This document shows positions 22,401 through 49,913 of a stretch of 64,000 nucleotides of DNA, one piece after another. The DNA is from Macrostomum hystrix. Lineage: Eukaryota > Animalia > Platyhelminthes. The stretch covers positions 992,001 through 1,056,000 of the forward strand of contig CATNEN010000030.1 in assembly GCA_950097015.1 (NCBI GenBank). Direction: 5' to 3'. The position numbers were made by a program, and so were the translations under genes. Every line of letters begins with the position of its first letter. The first letter of the stretch is position 1. Below the pieces are notes generated by a model. That model saw only the letters and a program-made list of their open reading frames with translations, was not told where the DNA came from and searched no databases.

Positions 22401-25400
22401 GAACATGTCTACCCGGCTGATGTGGCCTTGCCTGCTCAGCGGGTGTGTTTAAAAGTTCTTATGTGGCTTGTTATTATGTGTTGCTAGGCAACTGTGAGGC
22501 TAGGCAACTGTGTTGCTAGGCAACTGTGTTGCTAGGCAACTGTTTTGCTAGGCAACTGTGTTGCTAGGCAACTGTGTTGCTAGGCAACTGTGTTGCTAGG
22601 CAACTGTGTTGCTAGGCAACTGTGTTGCTAGGCAACTGTGTTGCTAGGCAACTGTGTTGCTAGGCAACTGTGTTGCTAGGCAACTGTGTGGCTAGGCAAC
22701 TGTGTTGCTAGGCAACTGTGTTGCTAGGCAACTGTGTTGCTAGGCAACTGTGTTGCTAGGCAACTGTGTACTCCTGGAATAATATGTCAAATGTTTTTTC
22801 AGCCACACAATATTGCTAGGCAATTTCTGTCAGATCCTTCACTATACTTACGCGGCGCGCAGAATGTGCACCGGCAGGTAGCAGAGGAAGAAGATGAGCA
22901 CAATGGCAATCAGCATCAGGGCTGTCCGGCGGCGCTGCTTCAAAGTGGCATCACCGGTCCTATTGGCGGACGACTGCTGGCCTGCCATTGGGATCAGGGA
23001 AATTGATGTCGAATCGGAGCACCGCGGATTCCCTTCATCCTAACTCCCTTAATAATAATTGAAGGAGGGCTGCAGGCAATGGCACGTCATTAGGTGACAG
23101 TGGACCTAGCGAGGAGGCAATTCAGCCCATTTCGCTGACTCCCGAGCATACGCTCACACAGGTGAGTAGATTTGCCTCGACTTTCTCATCGTCAGGCAGT
23201 TTACACTCTAATTGTGCCTTGGAGATTCGCCCTCAAGGACGTAAATGGCACGACAAGCCCCCAAGCCTTCTCTCCGCGGCTGCGCCCCAAATGAATGTGG
23301 CCTCGCCGCGGAATCGAGCTCAGGACCTTGGCGCGAGATGCAAATGCGTTACAGCTATGCAACTGACCCCTCCTAACTTCCTTCATTCAACTCCCTTCAT
23401 ATCAGTCCCTTCACCTCACTCCCTTCATTCAACTCCCTTCATATCAGTCCCTTCATCTCACTCCCTTCATTCAACTCCCTTCATATCAGTCCCTTCATCT
23501 CACTCCCTTCATTCAACTCCCTTCATATTAGTCCCTTCATCTCACTCCCTTCATTCAACTCCTTTCATTCAACTCCCTTCATATCAGTCCATTCATCTCA
23601 CTCCCTTCATTCAACTCCCTTCATATCAGTCCCTTCACCTCACTCCCTTCATTCAACTCCCTTCATATCAGTCCCTTCATCTCACTCCCTTCATTCAACT
23701 CCTTTCATTCAACTCCCTTCATATCAGTCCCTTCATCTCACTCCCTTCATTCAACTCCCTTCATATCAGTCCCTTCACCTCACTCCCTTCATTCAACTCC
23801 TTTCATTCAACTCCCTTCATATCAGTCCCTTCACCTCACTCCCTTCATTCAACTCCTTTCATTCAACTCCCTTCATATCAGTCCATTCATCTCACTCCCT
23901 TCATTCAAATCCCTTCATATCAGTTCCTTCATCTCACCTCGTTCATCTCTGTCCCTTCATCTCAATCCATAAATCTAAATCCCTTCATCTCAGCCCATTC
24001 ATCCAGTCTCACCGGCACTCCTGGCCGTCTCTCCTGGTACGGCTGAGTACCAGAGGCGGCGGCAGATCATTGTGTAGGCCACCAGCATCCAGGCAAGCGG
24101 TAGGACAAAGAACAGCACAGAGTCGACCACTTTAGCGACAGTGTCTGGATCCATTGCGGCAGAGATGGCCATAGAAGGTCCAAGCTGGCCAGTAGCATTG
24201 CTGTCAGACGCATTGGTATAGTACAGCTTTGGTCCCCAGGTCGAGCGACACTGGGTTAACAGAATCTGATCCTTTGGCAGAGCTGCAAACGGTTCAGTCT
24301 CCATCTTGAACGGATAGTGCAAATTTGACACCATCGCGACAGTCCAGATGAGCATAATCAGATTGCAGATCCGGCGCTTTGTAGTTTTAAACGTCAACGG
24401 AAAACAGATTGCCAGCAGTCGCTCGCACGAGTTGAACGTCAGGGTCAGGACTGAGACAGTCACTGAGATTGGCTGCGGTAGTTGGGGGATTGGGGCGTGG
24501 TTGTAATATATATAAATATAAAGGGGTTGTAGCCTAGTGATTAGGGCGTTGGACTCACGACTTAAAGGTCGGGGGTTCGATTCCTGAGTCGACTAGAACA
24601 ATTTGTGTCCTTTAGCTAAGACACTTAACCCTGCATTGCTTCAGTTCACCCAACTGTTAAATGGGTACCAGCATCAGCTGGGATAATTGAGGGTGGGTGT
24701 GGCGTCCCCCCCAGTCCATGGACTGAACAGCCGTACGCAGCCTTCAGATGGGCTTCAATAGCTGCGGCTGTGCTGTCGGCTGCACATCTGGCTCAATCGG
24801 GCAGGTTTCAAAAAAAGAATTCTTATTATTGATATTAGAAATATAAAAATTGCAGAAGGGCTATGGGCCATGGCACATCATTTGGTGACTCTAGACTCGC
24901 AGCCAGCGAGGAGGCAATTCTGCCTGCCCATTTCGCTGACTCCTGAGCACACACGCACACAGATACCGTACGCAGGCACACGCTCACACAGGTGTGTAAA
25001 TCTGCCCTGACTTTTTCGTCATCATCCCTTGGAGGTTGGCTCTTAAGGGCGTCTCAAGCCTTCTCTCCGAGGCTGCGACCCAAATAAATATGGCCTCGCC
25101 GCGGAATCGAGCTCAGGGACACTGGTGCGAGAGGCAAACGCGTTAACCGCTCTGCCACCGACCCGCCGGGCCGCGGTTGGCAACTGATAAGAATCTGTTC
25201 CATTTCCGGTTGAGCTGATGAAATTCTTAGATTTTTTATCCTCCAGCTATCAGCGGGTGGATTCTGGCGGCGGGGGGATATTTTCCCCTCCTCGCCAGCA
25301 ACTTTTCGCACTTAAGTCAATCGGCTCAGGTAAAGTTGCGATCGATAAGCAACAGCAGAGGAAGCAGATTGAAGTCTGGAACAAATACTGTTGACTTTTC

Positions 25401-28400
25401 TCATCAAAGAAAGAATTCAAAGAGAGAAAGAGGAAGGAAATTTTGGATTGGGGGGAGGAATCCACCTTAGCAGCAGCTTCTAAACGAACCAAGTGATTTC
25501 TACAAACAAGACCGCATAGCAACCAGAGCCTTAAGTTGACCGACTGGCAGAAGTGCCTGGCCTCGCTTGGTCTATTGAAAATAGGCCTTCCTTCTTGGGA
25601 CACATCAGGCGAGATGAGGAGGCCGTTAGCCTAGTCCTAATCTTTCATTTCCTGTTAGGAAGAATCAAAGCCACTTTCCCGTCAGCCCTGGAGCTAGGGA
25701 TTATCCGGGAGCTAGGCGGTGAGTCGAAATTTTTAACCCCCTGCCATCTGTGTGTGCGTTACGCGCTGGAGGAAGTCTCTGAAATTTTCCTGGGAGCATG
25801 CAAATATTTCTCTGTTCAGTTGAAGCAATTTAGTTAGATGACATCTGTCAGAAGCTAATGCTTCTTCTTCTTTTAGACAAAATAGCAGATTCTCTCTAAA
25901 TTGCATGAAAACATCTGTCTAGCCAATGAATTTAAATGATTTAAGTGGACGTGAAGATAAAAATCGATTCGATTCAGAATAGATCTAGAATAGACGGAGA
26001 ATAGATCTAGAATAGACGGAGAATAGATCTAGAATAGACGGAGAATAGATCTAGAATAGACGGAGAATAGATCTAGAATAGACGGAGAATAGATCAAGTA
26101 TAGACGGAGAATAGATCTAGTATAGAAGGAGAATAGATCTAGTATAGAAGGAGAATAGATCTAGAAAAGACGGAGAGTAGATCTAGAAAAGACGGACCGT
26201 AGATCTAGAATCGATGGAGAATAGATTTTGAATCGATGGAGAATAGATCTAGAATCGATGAAGAGTAGATCTAGAATCGATGGAGAATAGATCTAGAATC
26301 GATGGAGAATAGATCTAGAATCGATGGAGAGTAGAACTAGAATCGATGGAGAATAGATCTAGAATCGATGGAGAATAGATCTAGAATCGATGGAGAATAG
26401 ATCTTGAATCGATGGAGAGTAGATCTAGAATCGATGGAGAATAGATCTAGAATCGATGGAGAGTAGATCTTGAATCGATGGAGAGTAGATCTAGAATCGA
26501 TGGAGAGTAGATCTAGAATCGATGGAGAATAGATCTAGAATCGATGGAGAGTAGATCTAGAATCGATGGAGAATAGATCTAGAATCGATGGAGAATAGAT
26601 CTAGAATCGATGGAGAATAGATCTAGAATCGATGGAGAGTAGATCTAGAATCGATGGAGAGTAGATCTAGAATCGTTGGAGAGTAGATCTAGAATCGATG
26701 GAGAGTAGATCTAGAATCGTTGGAGAATAGATCTTGAATCGATGGAGAGTAGATCTAGAATCGTTGGAGAATAGATCTTGAATCGATGGAGAATAGATCT
26801 ACAATCGATGGAGAGTAGATCTAGAATCGATGGAGAATAGATCTAGAATCGATGGAGAATAGATCTTGAATCGATGGAGAGTAGATCTAGAATCGATGGA
26901 GAGTAGATCTAGAATCGATGGAGAGTAGATCTAGAATCGTTGGAGAATAGATCTTGAATCGATGGAGAATAGATCTAGAATCGATGGAGAATAGATCTAG
27001 AATCGATGGAGAATAGATCTAGAATCGATGGAGAATAGATCTAGAATCGATGGAGAGTAGATCTAGAATCGTTGGAGAATAGATCTTGAATCGATGGAGA
27101 ATAGATCTAGAATCGATGGAGAGTAGATCTAGAATCGATGGAGAGTAGATCTAGAATCGATGGAGAATAGATCTAGAATCGATGGAGAATAGATCTATTA
27201 GATCTATCTAGAAAATAGATCTCGAATAGACCGAGAACCGATGAAGCAAATGAATTTAGCTGACAAATGAACCAACTGAAACTATAATTTGATCAATTCT
27301 AGCATTACGAGAAGCACAGAAACTTGACTAATACAAGAGACGATATGAAAGCGATGCATTGACGCTGCAGAAAAAATATGGGTGAGCGAGGGTGGCGAGT
27401 GGCTTCTGGGAATTAAATTGGCCCTCAAATGATGGAGAGTCGAATCAAGAAAGAATGCTCCTAGAGAGGATCAACGGACTGAAGGGGATTATAAGACGAC
27501 TCAATATAGTGAAGGCTTGGAAGACTGCTTTTGATGAGAAACTCACTGGATGAAGCTCAAAGGCAATGAGATGCAAAAATAGACGACTGCTAATATACTC
27601 TTAGAAGAGGAAATTTAAGTCTGCTGCTGCTGCTGCTGCTGCTGCTGCCGAAGACAAATGATGGCTCAGACGAATATAATTCAGTAAGTATATTGTGTAT
27701 ATAGACCCACGAAGAGAAAAGAAAACTACAGTCCTATTGTCCAGTATTGATCGTGGTTCTGGGAATTGTGCTTCTCTTTTTTCTTGGACAGGAAATTAGT
27801 CAAAGCAAACAGAGAAAACAACAAAACTTCTAGCTTGATTTGCTCGATGACATATTTGGAATTCGAGATAGGAAAAGGAGAGGCACGGAAATGATCATAT
27901 TTTGATTTTGTAGCGACGAAAAGTTGCTTGTCGTCAGGCAAAGCATTATAGTTGTGTTGTGATTTAATAGTTTTCTATGTACTGTATTTTTCGGTGCCCT
28001 TTCACTGTCGCGTTGAACTTTGAGTCGCTTACCCCCTGCTCCTGTCTGTGCTCTGCGCCTGCCTGCCTACCAATTTCTCTCACCCCTGGCGTCTGATTGG
28101 TTGAGCCAAGACGTTTGCGTACCCTGGTTATTGTTATCTCTCGTTCCTGCCCTCTCATTGGTTCGCGTCTCGCCCAGTTGTCTCATTGACCCTGCGTGAT
28201 TGGCGAGGCTGCAGCTTAGCCCCCCTGGGTGAGCAGGTATTATTTATTGGCGTGCGCGCGCTCGTTCCCCTCTGGCGAGACTGTTTTGGTTTTGTTTGAG
28301 CACTCCAACCACAGCCTACTCTGGAAAACTCATCAACTCAGCCAGCTCAGCCGAGCGCAAACCAGAACTGCTAGCCTACGTAAGTGTCGTTCTGCCTCTG

Positions 28401-30919
28401 TCTTTTCGGGTTCAGTCACTAGGATTTTGTCACCAGGGCCTGTGCATTCGTTGCGACCTTGGTTGCCGGCTTACTGCCTGTGCGTCTAGTGCGACAGTAG
28501 GCCGACACATAGTAAGACGGAAGTTCTGAACAGGTAAACCCAGTCTCCTTTTGATGATTCACAGGTAAACCCAGTCTCTTTTGATGATTCACAGGTAAAC
28601 CCAGTCTCCTTTTGATGATTCACAGGTAAACCCAGTCTCTTTTGATGATTCACAGGTAAACCCAGTCTCCTTTTGATGATTCACAGGTGAACCCAGTCTC
28701 TTTTGATGTTCACAGGTAAACCTAGTCTCTTTCGATGATTCACAGGTAAACCCAGTCTCTTTTGATGATTCACAGGTGAACCCAGTCTCTTTTGATGATT
28801 CACAGGTAAACCCAGTCTCCTTTTGATGATTCACAGGTGAACCCAGTCTCTTTTGATGATTCACAGGTGAACCTAGTCTCTTTTGATGATTCACAGGTAA
28901 ACCCAGTCTCTTTTGATGATTCACAGGTGAACCCAGTCTCTTTTGATGATTCACAGGTGAACCTAGTCTCTTTTGATGATTCACAGGTAAACCCAGTCTC
29001 TTTTGATGATTCACAGGTGAACCCAGTCTCTTTCGATGATTCACAGGTAAACCCAGTCTCTTTTGATGATTCACAGGTAAACCCAGTCTCTTTCGATGAT
29101 TCACAGGTAAACCCAGTCTCTTTTGATGATTCACAGGTAAACCCAGTCTCTTTTGATGATTCACAGGTGAACCCAGTCTCTTTTGATGATTCACAGGTCA
29201 ACCCAGTCTCTTTTGATGATTCACAGGTAAACCCAGTCTCCTTTTGATGATTCACAGGTAAACCCAGTCTCTTTTGATGATTCACAGGTAAACCCAGTCT
29301 CCTTTTGATGATTCACAGGTAAACCCAGTCTCCTTTTGATGATTCACAGGTAAACCCAGTCTCCTATTGATGATTCACAGGTAAACCCAGTCTCCTATTG
29401 ATGATTCACAGGTAAACCCAGTCTCCTTTTGATGATTCACAGGTAAACCCAGTCTCCTTTTGATGATTCACAGGTGAACCCAGTCTCCTTTTGATGATTC
29501 ACAGGTAAACCCAGTCTCTTTTGATGATTCACAGGTAAACCCAGTCTCCTTTTGATGATTCACAGGTAAACCCAGTCTCCTTTTGATGTTCACAGGTAAA
29601 CCCAGTCTCTTTTGATGATTCACAGGTAAACCCAGTCTCTTTTGATGTTTCACAGGTAAACCCAGTCTCTTTTGATGATTCACAGGTAAACCCAGTCTCC
29701 TTTTGATGATTCACAGGTAAACCCAGTCTCCTTTTGATGATTCACAGGTAAACCCAGTCTTTTTTTATGATTCACAGGTAAACCCAGTCTCTTTTTATGA
29801 TTCACAGGTAAACCCAGTCTCTTTTGATGATTCACAGGTAAACCCAGTCTCCTTTTGATGATTCACAGGTAAACCCAGTCTCCTTTTGATGATTCACAGG
29901 TAAACCCAGTCTCTTTTGATGATTCACAGGTAAACCCAGTCTCCTTTTGATGATTCACAGGTAAACCCAGTCTTTTTTATGATTCACGGGTATTTCAAAT
30001 ATCTTCAGATATATTTCAGACAACGGGGGCATTTCAATATGCTTATTTTTTCTGAATACCTTAAAATATCTACCAATCGTTAAGAAAGTCCAGAACACGG
30101 ACTAAAGTTTTCCAATCTATCCGATGAAACAAATTCCAGAATCACAAAATCGCGATATTCAACGATTCTTGTCGGAGTGTCTGATAGCAAAAACCTCAAA
30201 CATAGGCATATTTTTCTGCCTACAGAATTTCATCTTATAACCATGTTGGCTATCTTTGTTAACAACATTAAATTGTTTAATAACCAATATGGATTTGCCA
30301 TAGAAGTTAACACAGAGCAATGTTACTTTTGTTCTTGTCACCGGGGTCTTTCGGTCATCCGGTTTGGAAGCTTTCGTGAAGTAGGCAGTGGGTATTTGAA
30401 CTAGTTCTAGTTCTACCCAGGGGGTAGAAATAGCGTGGTTTTTCTACTGACCGGTAAATGAACAGGTAAATGAACAGGTAAATGAACAGGTAAATGAACA
30501 GGTAAGCCCTCTTCCAAAGTGCCTACCTGCAGATATTTCAGAACCCTACAGGCAACGCTGCCGAACACCCAGCTCTCCATGAAGTCTTCGACCACAGTGG
30601 GCACCAGGCAGAACAGGATGACAAAGAAGTCGGCTAGGGCAAGATTCAACAGGAAAAGATTAGTTGCCGTGCGCATCTGGGGCGTGCGAACAATAGCAAT
30701 GATCACTAGCAGGTTGCCTAGCAACCCAACAGCGAACACAACTGCGTAGAGGCACAATAGTCCAATCTTGAAGGGCGTCAGACGCATCTCGTACAAAATA
30801 TCGGCTACGTATTCGCTCTCGCTAAGACAATAGTCATTGCTGGCGTATTGCTCCTGGCTGCAGTCGCGGCCTGTCAAATTCAGTGAACTCGATGGCGCAG
30901 CCGGTGGCAGGTTGCCCAT
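19408..30919 (-). CDS. Class A neuropeptide GPCR, orexin/allatotropin receptor-like, 5 exons, about 484 aa
   Basis: Exons (minus strand): 30919-30527, 24472-24013, 22981-22852, 22416-22292, 19754-19408; total 1455 nt, phases consistent. Motifs: GLLGNLLV; TATNLFLLNLALAD; ESWVFGSVACRVLKYLQ|PISVTVSVLTL..CER..AICFPL; RRRTALMLIAIVLIFFLCYLP; WICYFNSAINPIVYTFMS|RFRAEF. These closely follow orexin receptor TM2-TM7. The exon 3 acceptor was chosen by phase and pyrimidine tract and is the least certain junction. Confidence 0.88.
20648..21640. repeat. 22-bp minisatellite
   Basis: GAGAGATGGATTGAGAGTGACT. Confidence 0.97.
22478..22768. repeat. 16-bp minisatellite containing GTTGCTAGGCAAC
   Basis: TGTGTTGCTAGGCAAC, about 18 units, GPCR intron 22417-22851. 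Confidence 0.96.
23050..23370 (-). mobile_element. tRNA-derived SINE, family A, copy 1
   Basis: Minus-strand tRNA-like head with B-box variant GCTCGATTCC; body shared with copies at 24845-25167, 58735-59071 and 59200-59476; ends GCAGCCCTCCTTCAATTATTATT. Confidence 0.8.
23375..23995. repeat. 42-bp compound minisatellite
   Basis: CACTCCCTTCATTCAACTCCCTTCATATCAGTCCCTTCATCT; starts at the head of SINE A copy 1. Confidence 0.9.
24523..24800 (+). mobile_element. tRNA-derived SINE, family B, with CORE-like domain
   Basis: A box TAGCCTAGTG (24530), B box GGTTCGATTCC (24574-24584), then TGTGTCCTTTAGCTAAGACACTTAACCCTGCATTGCTTCAGTTCACCCAACTGTTAAATGGG resembling the MIR/CORE consensus. The 3' part CCAGTCCATGGACTGAACAGCCGTACGCAGC is shared with the copy at 56873-57256. 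Confidence 0.8.
24845..25167 (-). mobile_element. tRNA-derived SINE, family A, copy 2
   Basis: Head GGCGGGTCGGTGGCAGAGCGGTTAACGCGTTTGCCTCTCGCACCAG..GCTCGATTCCGCGGCGAGGCCA; body matches the other A copies with an internal deletion; lies tail-to-tail with SINE B. Confidence 0.8.
25975..27215. repeat. 22-bp palindrome-rich minisatellite
   Basis: GAATAGATCTAGAATCGATGGA (contains AGATCT, TCTAGA, ATCGAT). Confidence 0.97.
28528..29990. repeat. 30/31-bp minisatellite, about 48 units
   Basis: ACAGGTAAACCCAGTCTC(C)TTTTGATGATTC. Confidence 0.97.
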
Positions 30920-31241
30920 ACTATCGACTGTCTGATTCCTCTTAGGCTTGTGTTGACTCTTCGACTTCAGCTTTTTTTCCTCTTGAGCAGCTTTTGGAGC
31001 AGATTAACTACCCACCCGCCTGGGGGCACCATCTCTCTCACCAACCTCTTCTCCCCGACTGCCTGTGCCAGCTTAGCCAATGGGAATTGACTGAGGATTC
31101 TTCAGTCTCGGAAAATCGACAGCTAAACTAAACTCATCATCGCCTCTCTTCTTGTCTTCTTCAAGGAAGATTTTTAAACATTTGGAGGAAGTTTGTGTTT
31201 ACCTTTACCCCAAAAAGCCAAATAGCATCTACTTTTTTAAA

Positions 31242-31251
31242 GTCACGTGAC
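31242..31251. promoter_or_regulatory. Palindromic extended E-box (GTCACGTGAC) upstream of the GPCR
   Basis: Perfect 10-bp palindrome about 320 bp upstream of the ATG at 30919; USF/MiT-TFE-type motif. Confidence 0.35.
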
Positions 31252-31657
31252 CGTCACTCCAAGCTAGTTCAATGAGTTCGAGAGGCTAGTTCTCAAATGG
31301 ACTTTTACTACGAAGCTAGTTCACTTTACCAGTCTAACCAACGAGTCTGTCCCCTTCCCGGGAACTTAGGCGCCAGCTATCTGGGCGCATCGGTCGACAC
31401 CGGATTAAATTTCATCATGTGGGATTAAAGACAAACTGGGACAGGTAACAGACACAACTTGATCCTGCGCGCCCACGGAATCTGGGATGCTTTTATCGAT
31501 CCACTCAAGAACCATCGCTTTCCCTACCACTGCAGTTTTCTCACTATCACTTCCTCTCTCTATAAGCGATGTATGTATCCCCTCACTGTCTGTCTGTCCG
31601 TCTGTCTGTCCGTCTGTCTGTCTGTCTGTCTAAACTAAAATAGAATGGAACAGATGA

Positions 31658-32074
31658 GAATAGAATAGAATAGAATAGAATAGAATAGAATAGAATAGAA
31701 TAGAATAGAATAGAATAGAATAGAATAGAATAGAATAGAATAGAATAGAATAGAATAGAATAGAATAGAATAGAATAGAATAGAATAGAATAGAATAGAA
31801 TAGAATAGAATAGAATAGAATAGAATAGAATAGAATAGAAAAGAATAGAATAGAATAGAATAGAATAGAATAGAATAGAATAGAATAGAATAGAATAGAA
31901 TAGAATAGAATAGAATAGAATAGAATAGAATAGAATAGAATAGAATAGAATAGAATAGAATAGAATAGAATAGAATAGAATAGAATAGAATAGAATATAA
32001 TAGAATATAATAGAATATAATAGAATATAATAGAATATAATAGAATATAATAGAATATAATAGAATAGAATAGA
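31658..32074. repeat. (AATAG)n pentanucleotide microsatellite
   Basis: Nearly pure for about 330 bp, then (AATAGAATAT)n. Confidence 0.97.
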
Positions 32075-32513
32075 GTATTAGTTACGTAAATAAGCTTTGT
32101 AAAGTAGCCAATGTTTTGCTTTGCTTTACTTTGCTTTTTATTAAACAGAGATTGAATCGGCAAAGGGAGCTAATTAGATGAGAATAAAAGTCGCTAATTA
32201 GTAGACTAATTAGGCTTACCAGTTTCAAAATTGTACTTTTATCAGAGCACTGTCTGGTCTCACTGCTCTCCCTCTGCCTCAGTCCATGATCTTATCTGGT
32301 TCAGTCAATGGTGAATCTACACGACCAGCCCCCTATCTCTACATCATTCTGATCAGAATCGAAGTGCACAAGATTCTTGTCAGTTACCTGCTGATTTTTT
32401 TATTAGCGAGGATTAAAAACACGGGGATTATAAGCACAGTTGCATTTTTAGTAAGACTGTTAGGTTTCTCTTTATTTCTTTCTCATTATCTTTGTGTTTC
32501 TCATAATGATTTA

Positions 32514-32975
32514 TTATATTCTATTCTATTCTATTCTATTCTATTCTATTCTATTCTATTCTATTCTATTCTATTATATTCTATTCTATTATATTCTATT
32601 CTATTCTATTCTATTCTATTCTATTCTATTCTATTCTATTCTATTCTATTCTATTCTATTCTATTCTATTCTATTCTATTCTATTCTATTCTATTCTATT
32701 CTATTCTATTCTATTCTCTTCTATTCTCTTCTATTCTACTCTATTCTCTTCTATTCTCTTCTATTCTCTTCTATTATATTCTATTCTATTATATTCTAAT
32801 CTATTCTATTCTATTCTTTTTAATCGATTCTATATCTATTCTATTCTATTCTATTCAATTCTATTCTATTCTATTCAGTTTTATTCTATTCTATTCTATT
32901 CTATTCTATTCAGCTTTATTCTATTCTATTGTATTCTATGTTATTCTATCCTATCCTATACTATTCTATTCTATT
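32514..32975. repeat. (CTATT)n pentanucleotide microsatellite, reverse complement of the previous array
   Basis: Direct reading; more diverged toward its right end. Confidence 0.95.
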
Positions 32976-34054
32976 CGATCTACCCTTCTATCTACCTTTC
33001 TAACTACCTTCCAAACTCTTAATCTACGTTTCTGCTTACCATTCTATGTACCATTCTACCTATCTCTTTATCTGAAATTCTACCTACCTTTCCATCTACC
33101 TTTTCGTCCACCTTACTATCAATATTCTTATCTACTTTATTGTCTACTATATCTGCGTTTCTATCTACCCTTGATCTACCATTCAATCGACCATAATTTC
33201 TATATTTTGTTTTGTTCGCTCGTTATTTTCTTTTCAACTTTGCATCGAAACTTTCTATTTTAATATATGTTGTATCTACAAATCAGTGTGTCTTTCTCAT
33301 CTTCTATCGTTTATTTAATCTCTCATTTTTCCTTCGTTAAATGTTCCTATTGGCCAATAAACATTGTTTATCAATCATCAATCAACATTTAGTAGCAGCA
33401 ATCCAAACTCACTTGCGTCTTATCTCACCAGCAAACTCATAGAGTTATAACAAAATATAGAAATAAGATGCTTGCTTCTCGCCATATCTTGGCTCCGATA
33501 CAGACTTTGCCCAAGAACGCCTACTTTGTTAATTTATCTTTTGAACGAAAACAAAGTTAATAAAACTTGCTTAGAAACAAACGGCAAAATCAAAGAATGG
33601 AAGTAAAACATTTTTGTACCTTAAATTTTTTTAAACTGTTTTATCAACGCAAGCGCGACAATAGAAAATAAACTTGGACGGAATTCTGTTCGAGGGATTA
33701 AGTCGTAGGATGTCTTAATTCTACTAAGAAAATATGCGCTCTTGTACATTCTACGGAGATCATGTGAAAATTTTAGGGTTGATCACGTGATTCTTTTTGG
33801 TAGGTCACGTGATACCTTTTGGGATGGATCTTTTGGGACCTGACACTTTTAATAATTTATCACGTGATACTTTTAGTAGATCAGGTGACACTCTTTTTAG
33901 TAGATCACGTGATACGCTACGAAGACATCACGTGACAATGTTGATTTCAAAGGCACAAATAAAAATACGCTGCTATTTGCAATCACGTGACAAAAATAAG
34001 CCTGAAGTTCGCTAAACCAGGTTGACGTAGTTCAATGCCCAGGTTCAGGCCGAG

Positions 34055-49913
<15,859 letters not shown>

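Noticed and set aside
24523-24600. Possible true tRNA genes (also 25095-25167, 56873-56945 and a B box at about 48397)
   Set aside because: The acceptor and anticodon stems do not close properly, and the heads continue into shared SINE bodies.
27619-27650. (CTG)n tract, and (CAG)n at about 22002, as polyQ/polyA coding sequence
   Set aside because: Short intronic microsatellites with no surrounding exon.
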